From positions 108,098 to 172,097 of IMG/VR virus record IMGVR_UViG_3300037400_006466: 64,000 nt of DNA, one strand, 5' to 3'. Shown piece by piece: positions 12,301-19,248 of the stretch. The first letter of the stretch is position 1. Each line of letters begins with the position of its first letter. Source of the stretch: a virus (Duplodnaviria; Heunggongvirae; Uroviricota; Caudoviricetes). Position numbers and translations under genes: made by a program. Below the pieces are notes generated by a model. The model saw only the letters and a program-made list of their open reading frames with translations, made no database searches and was not told the DNA's origin.

Positions 12301-12557
12301 CTGAGGATTTTGATGACGTCATGGCTATCTCAGGTCATCCTATGATAAACACCTATTATGATTTCATCAGAAAGGTGTCCATAAGGATATACGACCCGAG
12401 CATAGAGAATGAGGATGACAGATGGCTAATCCCTTGGGTCAATCCCAGCATTCTTCCCGCTGACAAGAAGAGCAGTCTTGATGACCTTAAGGAGGCTCAG
12501 AGAGCCACCTTACCTCTGATGAAAACGAACCTCAGATTGGTTGTAGTCAAGGCCTGA
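6330..12557 (+). CDS. Very large orphan protein, probably virion-associated (2075 aa)
   Basis: Uninterrupted ORF ending the structural operon; acidic tract DDDEDEYDEDDD and one Cys cluster. Confidence 0.7.
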   Translation: MPANINDYSEQAIHTSIVDYLKEDGAICSSSSKMYDINETNAGGNGARLAFKNINDRIIRYHSILEFLEGEKRANIYESIPVIDFVHKENTGFLESYYSDESGLYTKIISDIPMDAKKSDLDLIKENDPYTVNRALMGLTMSEHFYGTSGKEMSDYNLQVAYPDLNDHGYIYKGVRSYKDPPSSKESGGYSGSISSTYYTSINIWKITDNTVINFRDASSAGEIPSGSVNVDNDRNVRLKGNDYYYVYNNNDDIIVLNASESIRPNYFKDSNGANKNSYEFENTDGIRVVSHEKVDGAYCQINIQRDDLLVLIPTSQYSLDSNKFVLCKRVKIDHNFEWRYFVLFFSDAMGIPDAFHCKEVFYNDRIPFDSLGITQKSEQDTFIRIIGNFIHFEEEYYSDASGLLNGYFCEPQEIEKTIQGRKVTKWRYTRPLGSLENDSSIGRLYNGGNFLSKNTIKGEPLALTPHDKIWVDGAGTEANTKGKASLFYRNLLNGNSYLTAFQSDPSSYYYDFNNWNNSNISPLALTNVVTMTNISNRDSRYLKYRDKFDNCDSLADIKRYIEMYSTSIRVSGSDKILELNESERGVSYYNTTTQKTFWSWLVGDKKVGSGGENNKVEEHFDLLFHVNYNYEKKKERLRIKDIFTLSPYEIFLSASGASVTPTYTRIVDFEGSGIPISSLMSMGAEYYKRFINTDLTGVYGIYEEKWPAAPILVYPEKEDAYPFAMILLSRQDLNLRKKDVISLWNNSAKKYLMLEVSSMDTILPSEVNKAHYMGRESDSGGHLDKTVNWTFSKTRNFDVEVTYYDDDEDEYDEDDDRGSRRRRHKTTGIESRPYIGLDRSHDCYIYYLTPKELSLDALEGKFYDTHDNVINIRDKFGIEYMVPTVNSSDYFHCDMDFRGIDDIVRYTLTVNSGDSLNTLRNSSIIRGLPNLADSGGRFSINTLKNQLSRLPWGSSLRGFYSEFIDSFDDKYHRERYERVFKNLYRSILGSLEISERTSDENGRPVPENIIYLRDVKGLVSNLNNIIPILKDTLSSGLSITDADGSQVILTKNDVKSLEDRSTKCSPYTRWIYNISNSYNKSRSAESIPWKFTEVQGYDDVPSQHLPYYEKVGEDSYRLVDPQPEAGDPMGTYYVRSLDKTLQALVNDGQNSVLKVSLNESSSTNRWYSFSEIISIMDRYESDGDDGLNLSCAESIDGIFGNGTYPFIRVSNEALDIPLANMDSFLDSYASKLNGIIEDVLSKYVYIYKKDGTDLYVNTLKDEYKKYFTSSSVENAVSQSGNVDIDKLSIRFGTRSNPNTNILPIYSRLASLLNSPNGISNFISTGSGFSSIVTQAALALSIRNMDGEALRDKFGLYDGESGSVTQGTREALLKQIRNLIIEDLNKVLQVTKDSISLSGGVFNSSVSSSISNLFKKLFKGLNIFKSVNEYVDIDDFKKEYVDTDNGRKFKVSFDFPEVRYDGELVPGDQGSVLFKTDYKYTKQDIAKNTFRILAKYIRYSLSGVSARDSNSSNTIYEVQGVKNVMGESPDLHPEGLYGMRYQILNGRMNRINGPLYMAAQRLIDGGFFSDCKRISDQTIDSYAMFANVLPVANMDAMTYIPTQKASLTTVDMKGKFYSDKEMESLRNAINSQCVLTCTKCAVKESCPFYDQNEVIKMACTPMETIDIYLKDNELELIDEDSIEVVELPVGGRFDVNDLKLTHMEYSEILAKKTDEMTQRYDTLNLSDLNNELIRATGLSYSDYVADDMRWLLGGRYGTVEYNGALRDLIGDNFVDMKDKISPYKYCYDALFMKIKGIDNTGKPMSQKVPYMTEDSYIGYRLSANSYPVTYEVGPVNQKKRYKVKVRLKMPAYVKMLHDAGENDDVYLVSDDVKDPNGKAIDPVIYLGKARNIQYAFDIIEDDPGTENSEREGLDLDDTNIYASDVAQWCINYMKGHCTDDPVGKTDVFSNRDQYWMNKVYKRLNIDGKEVWKEYPGRPRQATGFQEILIDPEDFDDVMAISGHPMINTYYDFIRKVSIRIYDPSIENEDDRWLIPWVNPSILPADKKSSLDDLKEAQRATLPLMKTNLRLVVVKA

Positions 12558-12565
12558 TAAAAAAT

Positions 12566-12587
12566 AACCCTCCTTTAAAGGAGGGTT
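12566..12587. terminator. Bidirectional intrinsic terminator between convergent genes
   Basis: AACCCTCCT-TTAA-AGGAGGGTT with A-tract left and T-rich tract right. Confidence 0.8.
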
Positions 12588-12610
12588 TGTTTTTCTCTGA
12601 ATATAGGTTT

Positions 12611-14887
12611 TCAGAGGGTTACAGAGTTCAATCCGCTCTTTCCGTTCATCCCCAGTTTAGCTGACATATCACCTATGCCTGTCAGCATCTGACCGAATTT
12701 GTTGAGGCCTGTTCCGAAGGAATCTTTGGAGTTTCCTTTCTTGATGATTATGGTGAACCATGATTTAAAGCTATACACTCCGTTATTCTCTCCGGTTGCC
12801 TCGAACCCTGTTCTGCTCTCTTGTCCAGGAGCATATGAGAAGGAAGTGATTTGTTTTGAATTGCCTGTGAAAGTTCCTTCATCTTTCGTCTTGTTTGAAA
12901 GAGATGTGATTCCGTTCCCTGCCTTGTTCAATGCATCAATTATGCTTTTCTCAGAGAGAGTCAGTATATTTGTGACTGTTTCCTCTATTTTGGAGTCATC
13001 ATCCTTGTTTTCCTCAGGTTCCTCAGTGGTATTCTGATCATCTTCATTCTTATTCTCTGATACTTCAGAGCTCTCAGAGCTCTCTGTATCAGAACCCTCA
13101 ACATCAGTATTATCTGATTTCTCTTCTGTGATATCATCTGATTCCTTGAATCTTATTGTCTCAAGGGCTTCATTGAGGATTTTGTCCAATTCCTTTTCAG
13201 TGGATTCTGTGAGTTCATTACTTCTGATGTTGAACTCTCCCATTACGTAGACCTCACAGTCTCCAGAGGTTTCTTTTTTAGGAACAGCTGTCCCTTTCTC
13301 TTCTTTCTCCTCTTTTTTAGGATTATCAGATGCTTCATGTATCTTGGATTCATTGAGGTATGTTCCCTCAAGGACTTTTCCTAATTTAAGTTCTGTGAAT
13401 TCGCATTTGTAGTTTCCCAGAGACTTGCTTACGCTTTCTGACAGAGACTTCTTAAGATTGGATAACTTGGAGTTTATAGGTCCTGCAAGAGCATTTAGAT
13501 CTGTCATTGTGACTGAATGACCTATTTCCCTTCCTTCAGGTCCATTATTTCCTTGAACTTCAGATGCCTGGTTCTCTGAGCTCTGACCATTTTCACCGTT
13601 TCCGTTATTTCCGGCACCTCCGTTGTTTATGAACACATTGACACTGTTGCCCTCCTGACCTTTGGTTGCAACATCATTATTGACACCCATGTCATCAAGA
13701 AGAATAGGATTGTTCTTGTCATCCATCAACCATACAAGACCGTCTTTTCCGAGCATGACCTTTGTGATGGTGGGATTTCCTTTAGACTGAAGATACTTCT
13801 GTATTTCAGGGGTAAGGAACACGTTTAGATTGGTCTGACCACCAGCACCAATGGAGCTGATTTCTGCTTCCTTTGACTCTATGATCCTTGAGAGGAAACC
13901 AGGGATGTTGAGCTCCTTAGGAATGGAGAATTTTTCAGTCACTGTAATAAGGCTTATCTTATCTCCGTTCAATCCCACATAGTTGATACCGTTAGGAGAG
14001 TCATCAATCTGCTTCTGAATATCAGGGGAATCTATGACAGCTTTGAGTCTGTAATTCAGTTGTGTGTTTGTGTTGAGTACTTCAGCTGCGGCATCAGGGA
14101 TTTCCTCTTGTTCTACAATATCATCTGGATTTAAAATGGATTTATTTCCATTATTTACAAGTGTAGGTTCTGTTTTCTGCCATTGCCCATTATTATATTT
14201 ATAAAGGGAATACCATTGAGAATTCTTTTTATTTATTTGCTGTGCTTCAGATGGTTTAAAGTCCTGACTATCTGCCAATATCCTGGCACCTGCATCATCA
14301 TTTAAATAATAGTAACCATCTTTTTCTTTATTACAGAGATTTTTCCATGTTCCATCCTCCCAAGAGTTAGAGGGAACACTATTCAAGGCACTGATACCCT
14401 TTTCTGAGGATTCCTCTGAATTATTAACTACTTCGTATTCTGTTTGATAAGCGTCATTTACTGCAGGAACTCCTGATTGTTCTTTTGCTGCAAGGGAAGT
14501 ACCGTTTGAGAGTGTCAGACTTTTTTCTTCTGCTGGAGCTGGTTCAGGTGTAGTTGGAGAGGTTTGTCCCAATACATTATTCATAAAGGATGATGTTGCA
14601 TTTTCATCCTTTTCAGGAATATGTTGTTGTCCTTTATTGGTATTATATTTTTGAGCTATAATGTAGCCTCTATCATCCTTTTTTAAAGGTCTGCTTTCAT
14701 TGGTATTATTGTCTTTAAATACTACTTGACCATTTTTTCCTATATAATCAAATTTACAGTTAAAGTTATTCTCTAATTTATCTATTAAATCTTTATTAAT
14801 TTCAGAGTTTTCAGTTGCATTATATAGAACGTCCTTAGCCTCAAGAAGTCTTTCTATCTCTTCATAAATCCTATCAAGTTCATTCAT
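12611..14887 (-). CDS. Acidic low-complexity protein, probable head/internal protein (758 aa)
   Basis: Late motif upstream (14911-14918), AAGGA SD, many (I/L)-x-E sites (LLEA, LSES, LNES, LTES, LNEA). Confidence 0.55.
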   Translation of the reverse strand: MNELDRIYEEIERLLEAKDVLYNATENSEINKDLIDKLENNFNCKFDYIGKNGQVVFKDNNTNESRPLKKDDRGYIIAQKYNTNKGQQHIPEKDENATSSFMNNVLGQTSPTTPEPAPAEEKSLTLSNGTSLAAKEQSGVPAVNDAYQTEYEVVNNSEESSEKGISALNSVPSNSWEDGTWKNLCNKEKDGYYYLNDDAGARILADSQDFKPSEAQQINKKNSQWYSLYKYNNGQWQKTEPTLVNNGNKSILNPDDIVEQEEIPDAAAEVLNTNTQLNYRLKAVIDSPDIQKQIDDSPNGINYVGLNGDKISLITVTEKFSIPKELNIPGFLSRIIESKEAEISSIGAGGQTNLNVFLTPEIQKYLQSKGNPTITKVMLGKDGLVWLMDDKNNPILLDDMGVNNDVATKGQEGNSVNVFINNGGAGNNGNGENGQSSENQASEVQGNNGPEGREIGHSVTMTDLNALAGPINSKLSNLKKSLSESVSKSLGNYKCEFTELKLGKVLEGTYLNESKIHEASDNPKKEEKEEKGTAVPKKETSGDCEVYVMGEFNIRSNELTESTEKELDKILNEALETIRFKESDDITEEKSDNTDVEGSDTESSESSEVSENKNEDDQNTTEEPEENKDDDSKIEETVTNILTLSEKSIIDALNKAGNGITSLSNKTKDEGTFTGNSKQITSFSYAPGQESRTGFEATGENNGVYSFKSWFTIIIKKGNSKDSFGTGLNKFGQMLTGIGDMSAKLGMNGKSGLNSVTL

Positions 14888-14910
14888 GGCTTAAATATTC
14901 CTTATACCTG

Positions 14911-14918
14911 AAATTAGT
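14911..14918 (-). promoter_or_regulatory. Putative late promoter ACTAATTT
   Basis: aaattagt on + strand, just downstream of a terminator and upstream of the 758-aa gene. Confidence 0.6.
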
Positions 14919-14928
14919 TAAAAAATAA

Positions 14929-14948
14929 GAGGTCTGTCACCAGACCTC
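14929..14948 (-). terminator. Intrinsic terminator
   Basis: GAGGTCTG-TCAC-CAGACCTC hairpin with A-tract on the + strand left side. Confidence 0.75.
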
Positions 14949-14969
14949 TCATTCAAGGCATTAAGCCCC

Positions 14970-15326
14970 TCATTCCTCTTTGAGGTATGAGTTGTCAGAG
15001 TTCACAAGGTCAAGATATAAGGTCTTGCCCTTATACTTGAACATGATGTATCCCTCTGTATAGTCCATGTCCTCGATATCCTCCAGCCCCACGAGCTGGT
15101 CAGGGAATGCCTTTGTTCCCAGCTCATAGATATAGAGCTTGTACTTGGATGCCCCCACATAGTAGGAGTGCTTTCCTGCCAGAAGGGTCATGTTGGTATG
15201 CTCAATCTCAGAGGGTCTCCCCTGGACCTGATAAGGGATATCCTCTCCACCCCAGTACTGGGCGGTGAAATATCCCACCATCTTGTTTATCTCTCTATAC
15301 TTAGCACCCATGTCCATAGGAATCAC
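14970..15326 (-). CDS. Hypothetical protein (118 aa)
   Basis: ORF coupled to the upstream gene by a 4-nt overlap. Confidence 0.6.
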   Translation of the reverse strand: MIPMDMGAKYREINKMVGYFTAQYWGGEDIPYQVQGRPSEIEHTNMTLLAGKHSYYVGASKYKLYIYELGTKAFPDQLVGLEDIEDMDYTEGYIMFKYKGKTLYLDLVNSDNSYLKEE

Positions 15327-15646
15327 CCCTTGATGCTGTAAGAGGAGAAGATGTCAGAGACCTGATGCTTGCGGAAGAACTTGCAGTGTCTGAACCAGTA
15401 TTCCATTCTTCCGAGGAGATACCTGCACTTCTCTTCATCTTTCATGTCTGCCTGGAACTGTGCATCATTCCACTGGAAAAGGATTCTGTTCTTCTTTGCC
15501 TTTCCGTCATATACCACTGTGGGGGTATAGGGCTTTGACGAGAACTTTCCAGTGAACTTCTTCACCTCTTCATTTAGGGTCATGAGGTAATCTTCCTCTC
15601 TGGGTGTGGGAAGGGTAATGACCATTTCTGTCTCAAATCTGACCAT
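15323..15646 (-). CDS. Hypothetical protein (107 aa)
   Basis: ORF with AGAGGA SD. Confidence 0.6.
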   Translation of the reverse strand: MVRFETEMVITLPTPREEDYLMTLNEEVKKFTGKFSSKPYTPTVVYDGKAKKNRILFQWNDAQFQADMKDEEKCRYLLGRMEYWFRHCKFFRKHQVSDIFSSYSIKG

Positions 15647-15731
15647 ATGTGGTCCTCTTTATGATGATGTCCCGAAGATAGGGGCTCAGGCCTCATGGCT
15701 CTTCGGTGACATATATAATATAATATCCTTT

Positions 15732-16274
15732 TTATGCAATTCTGTTGAGAACATCAGAATCCACATAAGAGGTCTGTCTCTCACCGCTCTTCTTGATAAG
15801 GACAACCTTTGTTTTAGGGGGATAAGTCTTTGAGTACTCCTCTGGAAGATTGATGAAAGTCTTCCTGTCAAAGTTCTTGACAATCTCTCTGTAGTGCTTA
15901 TCTGAATCGTGAGTAAGATACCAACTCATTTCCTCATTGATTCTGTACTTTCTTCCACAATCAATAAGGCACTTGCTCTGTCTGAGGGCTGAAATGGCAA
16001 GAGCGATTCCCTTATTGAGATAGGACTCACTTCCCTTTCCATCCTTATAATTGTATCTGGCCTCCTGAAGAGCCTTTGAGGAAGTAGTGAGGTGACCATA
16101 CTTTACCAGTTCCTTAATTTCCTTTGAAGAAAGACAGACTTCTCCGTTTGTCTTGAACTGCTTGACAAGTTCCTCAGCTACAGGACCTACAAAGGGCTTC
16201 TTATTGAAGTACTCCTGAACCTCTGTAATCCTTACTACTGAGTTCTTTTCCTTTGAAATCTTTGCTACCTTCAT
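15732..16274 (-). CDS. Hypothetical early protein (180 aa)
   Basis: AAGGAGA SD; sigma70-like promoter upstream. Confidence 0.65.
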   Translation of the reverse strand: MKVAKISKEKNSVVRITEVQEYFNKKPFVGPVAEELVKQFKTNGEVCLSSKEIKELVKYGHLTTSSKALQEARYNYKDGKGSESYLNKGIALAISALRQSKCLIDCGRKYRINEEMSWYLTHDSDKHYREIVKNFDRKTFINLPEEYSKTYPPKTKVVLIKKSGERQTSYVDSDVLNRIA

Positions 16275-16298
16275 ATTCTCTTGTCTCCTTACATTCTC

Positions 16299-16327
16299 AT
16301 AATACTATATTTCATTTTAATTGTCAA
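16299..16327 (-). promoter_or_regulatory. Sigma70-like early promoter
   Basis: CTA-TTGACA-17nt-TATTAT followed by ATGTAAGGAGA leader. Confidence 0.7.
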
Positions 16328-16347
16328 TAGCCTTGACTAATTTTTTC

Positions 16348-16698
16348 ATGGAAAATAATGAAGAAAAGAAAGAAGAAAAGACTTTTCTAGAGAAATTGAA
16401 GGACTTCTTTGTAGGGGTGTGGAACGTCATCAAGAAGCTTTTCATCCCTGTAGTGGCTCTCATTACCCTTATCTCTGTGTCCAAAAGGCAGGATGCCAAG
16501 AAGGAGATTAAAGAGGACAAGAAGGAGATAAAGGAAGAGAAGAAGGAGATAGAGAAGGAATCCAAGGAAGTCGAGAAGAAGGAAGAGGAACTGGAGAAGA
16601 AAGAGGAAGCTATTAAAGAGGAGATAGAGAAAGATAAATCCTCACAGGAACAGAAAAAAGAGGAATTGGCTGACTTTCTTCCAGGATTGAAAAGGTAA
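16348..16698 (+). CDS. Inner-membrane-anchored coiled-coil protein, i-spanin-like (116 aa; start reassigned to ATG 16348)
   Basis: Single hydrophobic segment LFIPVVALITLISVS then a K/E-rich coiled coil; ACTAATTT 4 nt upstream. Confidence 0.5.
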   Translation: MENNEEKKEEKTFLEKLKDFFVGVWNVIKKLFIPVVALITLISVSKRQDAKKEIKEDKKEIKEEKKEIEKESKEVEKKEEELEKKEEAIKEEIEKDKSSQEQKKEELADFLPGLKR

Positions 16699-16702
16699 AT
16701 AT

Positions 16703-17191
16703 ATGTTAAGGAAAATGATTGCAATGACCCTCCTGTTGTGTCTGGTGGGGTGTCTGTGGGCTGCCACAACTTTTGACATAGATACAAAATATGGAAAGGA
16801 GCAGGTTGTGATTCCAGACGGATACACAGCTGAGGAAGTCCTGCTCATAGTTGCCAAGAACTATTATGAGTTGAATCATGAGCATGAGGAACTGCTGATT
16901 AAGGCAGAAGAACTCAACAATTCATTGGCTGAATATGTGGAGTTGAACAAGTCATTGAGGGAGAAGTATGATGCCCTCATACTTGACTATGATGCTCTTG
17001 TCAAGAAAGTGGAGAGTTACGGCAAATGGTCCAACTTCAAGGGATTCGTGAGCGGCTCCGTGACCTACAACTTCAAGGACACCTATGGATTCGGAATATC
17101 AGCAGGTATGTTCCTGTTCAACAAGACCCTACTGACCGTAGGGGTCAATTTCCCGTTCAGCATCGGAGTAGGTGTGGGATTTGTAATCTAA
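16703..17191 (+). CDS. Exported coiled-coil protein with C-terminal amphipathic beta strands, possible spanin partner (162 aa)
   Basis: Signal peptide MLRKMIAMTLLLCLVGCLWA (contains an LVGC lipobox-like motif), heptad region, C-terminal alternating hydrophobic strands ending GVGFVI. Confidence 0.45.
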   Translation: MLRKMIAMTLLLCLVGCLWAATTFDIDTKYGKEQVVIPDGYTAEEVLLIVAKNYYELNHEHEELLIKAEELNNSLAEYVELNKSLREKYDALILDYDALVKKVESYGKWSNFKGFVSGSVTYNFKDTYGFGISAGMFLFNKTLLTVGVNFPFSIGVGVGFVI

Positions 17192-17198
17192 CTAATTA
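17191..17198 (+). promoter_or_regulatory. Putative late promoter ACTAATTA
   Basis: Intergenic, upstream of the AAGGA SD of the tagged-gene cluster. Confidence 0.6.
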
Positions 17199-17218
17199 AA
17201 AGATAAGGAATAATGATT

Positions 17219-17809
17219 ATGAAAGCTTGGAAAGACAATAATATGTTGCTTAGAGAAGGTGGAGTCAGTAAAAAGATATCCTCTAAAGTTGATAGATTAT
17301 TCGGGTATTTGAATAAGCATTCCCAGAAATGGCCTGAGATATATGAATATTATTATGATGGATTGGAGAATGGTCTCAGTGATAAGTGGAGAGATACATT
17401 AGATTGGATAGATGAACCGTCAGAGGGTCTTAAAGTTGCTCTTTCAAGAAGATTGAAATATAATGGCCAATTTATTCCTATGTCATATATTGCCATTCCT
17501 AAAATAGATTTATATCTTCCGAATAACAGTAAGGATTACTATGGGAACGGTAAGTTGAATAAGCTTTCCCAGGAAGTCATAAACAAATTCATTTCAAAGG
17601 TAGAAGAAGATTCCGACAGATTCATATTCTTGGATAATGCTGAGACTGAAGGTGTTATTGAGTTCTGTTTGGAAAGTGAAGATTTTCTTGATAAGACTCT
17701 TGAATGGTTTGATAAGTATTATTCAGAGTTTGAAGATCTTTGGAAAAGATTCCTTGGATATAAGAGATTGGATAAGAATGCCATAATGGAAGATGCCTTA
17801 CTGTATTGA
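17219..17809 (+). CDS. Hypothetical protein with N-terminal MKAWKDNNMLLRE tag (196 aa)
   Basis: Tag shared with the next two genes; SD spacing favours ATG 17219 over 17213. Confidence 0.65.
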   Translation: MKAWKDNNMLLREGGVSKKISSKVDRLFGYLNKHSQKWPEIYEYYYDGLENGLSDKWRDTLDWIDEPSEGLKVALSRRLKYNGQFIPMSYIAIPKIDLYLPNNSKDYYGNGKLNKLSQEVINKFISKVEEDSDRFIFLDNAETEGVIEFCLESEDFLDKTLEWFDKYYSEFEDLWKRFLGYKRLDKNAIMEDALLY

Positions 17810-17819
17810 GGATAAAAAG

Positions 17820-18044
17820 ATGAAGAAAGCCTGGAAAGACGATAATATGTTGCTTAGGGAAGGAAAGACAAGCGGCAACACCCATTATAAGTTCATCAAG
17901 GACGGAAAGACCTATTATGCCATGGGTGACAATCTCATAGATGCATGCAACTCAATAGAGATATCAGAGGGCATAAGTCTTGAAGGTGCTTCCTATGAGG
18001 AAATATATAAGCTCAGAACAGTAAGAAAAGGAGTGGTCAGATAA
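17820..18044 (+). CDS. Hypothetical protein with N-terminal MKKAWKDDNMLLRE tag (74 aa)
   Basis: Start reassigned to ATG 17820 (GAGGA SD); tag conserved at DNA level. Confidence 0.7.
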   Translation: MKKAWKDDNMLLREGKTSGNTHYKFIKDGKTYYAMGDNLIDACNSIEISEGISLEGASYEEIYKLRTVRKGVVR

Positions 18045-18045
18045 A

Positions 18046-18375
18046 ATGAAGAAAGCCTGGAAAGACAACAACATGATACTCAGAGAGAACTATGGCGAGG
18101 ATTACTCCGATATCCCAGAGGTCAAAGGTATAGACTATAAGGAACCTCCAAGATATAATATGATGCCTGGAATCAGGAGCATCAGAGGATTCGTCTCAGC
18201 CCTCGAAAAGACAGGATATGACAGGTTCAAGATAAGGGCAAGCAGATGTCCTGTATCATTGGGTGACCTCAAGGACTCATGGATGGACTTGGGAAGATAC
18301 GGATGGTCATACAGCAGAACATGGGACAGCTCAATGTCAGGATTCAATGAAGTCTATATATTCTCTAAGAGATGA
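18046..18375 (+). CDS. Hypothetical protein with N-terminal MKKAWKDNNMILRE tag (109 aa)
   Basis: Third tagged gene, 1 nt after the previous stop. Confidence 0.7.
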   Translation: MKKAWKDNNMILRENYGEDYSDIPEVKGIDYKEPPRYNMMPGIRSIRGFVSALEKTGYDRFKIRASRCPVSLGDLKDSWMDLGRYGWSYSRTWDSSMSGFNEVYIFSKR

Positions 18376-18379
18376 AAAT

Positions 18380-18405
18380 AAAAGACCACTTTTCAGTGGT
18401 CTTTT
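18380..18405. terminator. Bidirectional intrinsic terminator
   Basis: AAAAGACCACT-TTTC-AGTGGTCTTTT between convergent genes. Confidence 0.85.
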
Positions 18406-18423
18406 TTCTTTAAGGAATCAGGA

Positions 18424-18726
18424 TTATTCTTCGTCCTCTTCATCTTCATCATCTTCTTCTTCATCCTCATCATCTTCATTACCAGCAAGATATTGGGAAT
18501 CAAAGTCATTCATTCTGCAGATATAGGCAAGAATATCACCCAAGTCATATGTTCCCATGGCTCTGACGATGCTCTCAAGGAGCTCCTCAGCACCGAAGGC
18601 TTCCTTCATTTCCTCATAGAGGTCCCAGATATTGTCATAAGGGACTTCCCAACCGTAATCTTCCTGGAATCTTCTGCCTGATTCATTCAGCTTATTATTG
18701 CTTTTCCATGTACTCTTATTCTTCAT
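18424..18726 (-). CDS. Acidic protein with divergent tag MKNKSTWKSNNKLNE (100 aa)
   Basis: Start reassigned to ATG 18726 (GAGGAGG SD); poly-D/E C-terminus. Confidence 0.7.
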   Translation of the reverse strand: MKNKSTWKSNNKLNESGRRFQEDYGWEVPYDNIWDLYEEMKEAFGAEELLESIVRAMGTYDLGDILAYICRMNDFDSQYLAGNEDDEDEEEDDEDEEDEE

Positions 18727-19204
18727 CTTCTTCCTCCTCATCAGAACCGAGTTCTCGTTCAATGATGTCATAGACTTCATCATAGTGAGTGTCTATTTTT
18801 CCGTTCCAATCATCATCAATCTCCCCGTCACGGAGGGCCTGTAAACATACCTCAACAACATCTTCGGGAATCTCGTCTCCATACTTGTCACAGAGGGCAC
18901 CATAGACAACGATATCAGGAATGTGATCTTCCATATCTCTTTCAATCATTACATATTCAGCCATCTGTCCGGCCTTGTAGAGGTCGCTTCCACAACCTTC
19001 CCAACCGAACTCAGCGATTGTATCATTGACTTCATCAACATGCTCACTGATGAATTTGATTATATCATTGTAATAAATGGAAGTGCATCCGTCAGCAATC
19101 TCGCTGATAGTATCACAAAGATAATTGCTACCATTGTAGCCGTTATCAATTTCAGTACCATAGTCACCAAGGTCAAGCTTATCTGCCAATTCGTTTTTTG
19201 TCAT
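18716..19204 (-). CDS. ocr: Ocr-like (T7 gp0.3-like) DNA-mimic anti-restriction protein (162 aa)
   Basis: DTISEIADGCTSIYYNDI aligns by eye with Ocr DAIHMAADNAVPHYYADI, and DLYKAGQMAEYVMIERD with DVIRILQARIYEQLTID; about 48/162 residues D/E; acidic tail. Start reassigned to ATG 19204 (GGAG SD). Confidence 0.7.
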   Translation of the reverse strand: MTKNELADKLDLGDYGTEIDNGYNGSNYLCDTISEIADGCTSIYYNDIIKFISEHVDEVNDTIAEFGWEGCGSDLYKAGQMAEYVMIERDMEDHIPDIVVYGALCDKYGDEIPEDVVEVCLQALRDGEIDDDWNGKIDTHYDEVYDIIERELGSDEEEEDEE

Positions 19205-19240
19205 ATATTTTACTCCAAAAATTAATTTCAAGTTGTATCT

Positions 19241-19248
19241 TAATTAGT
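19241..19248 (-). promoter_or_regulatory. Putative late promoter ACTAATTA
   Basis: Directly after the sbcC stop, upstream of the Ocr-like gene. Confidence 0.55.

Noticed and set aside
6330-12557. 2075-aa protein as a virion RNA polymerase or radical SAM enzyme
   Set aside because: No DxDGD catalytic motif seen. The CX3CX2C lies near the C-terminus without a following radical SAM barrel signature.
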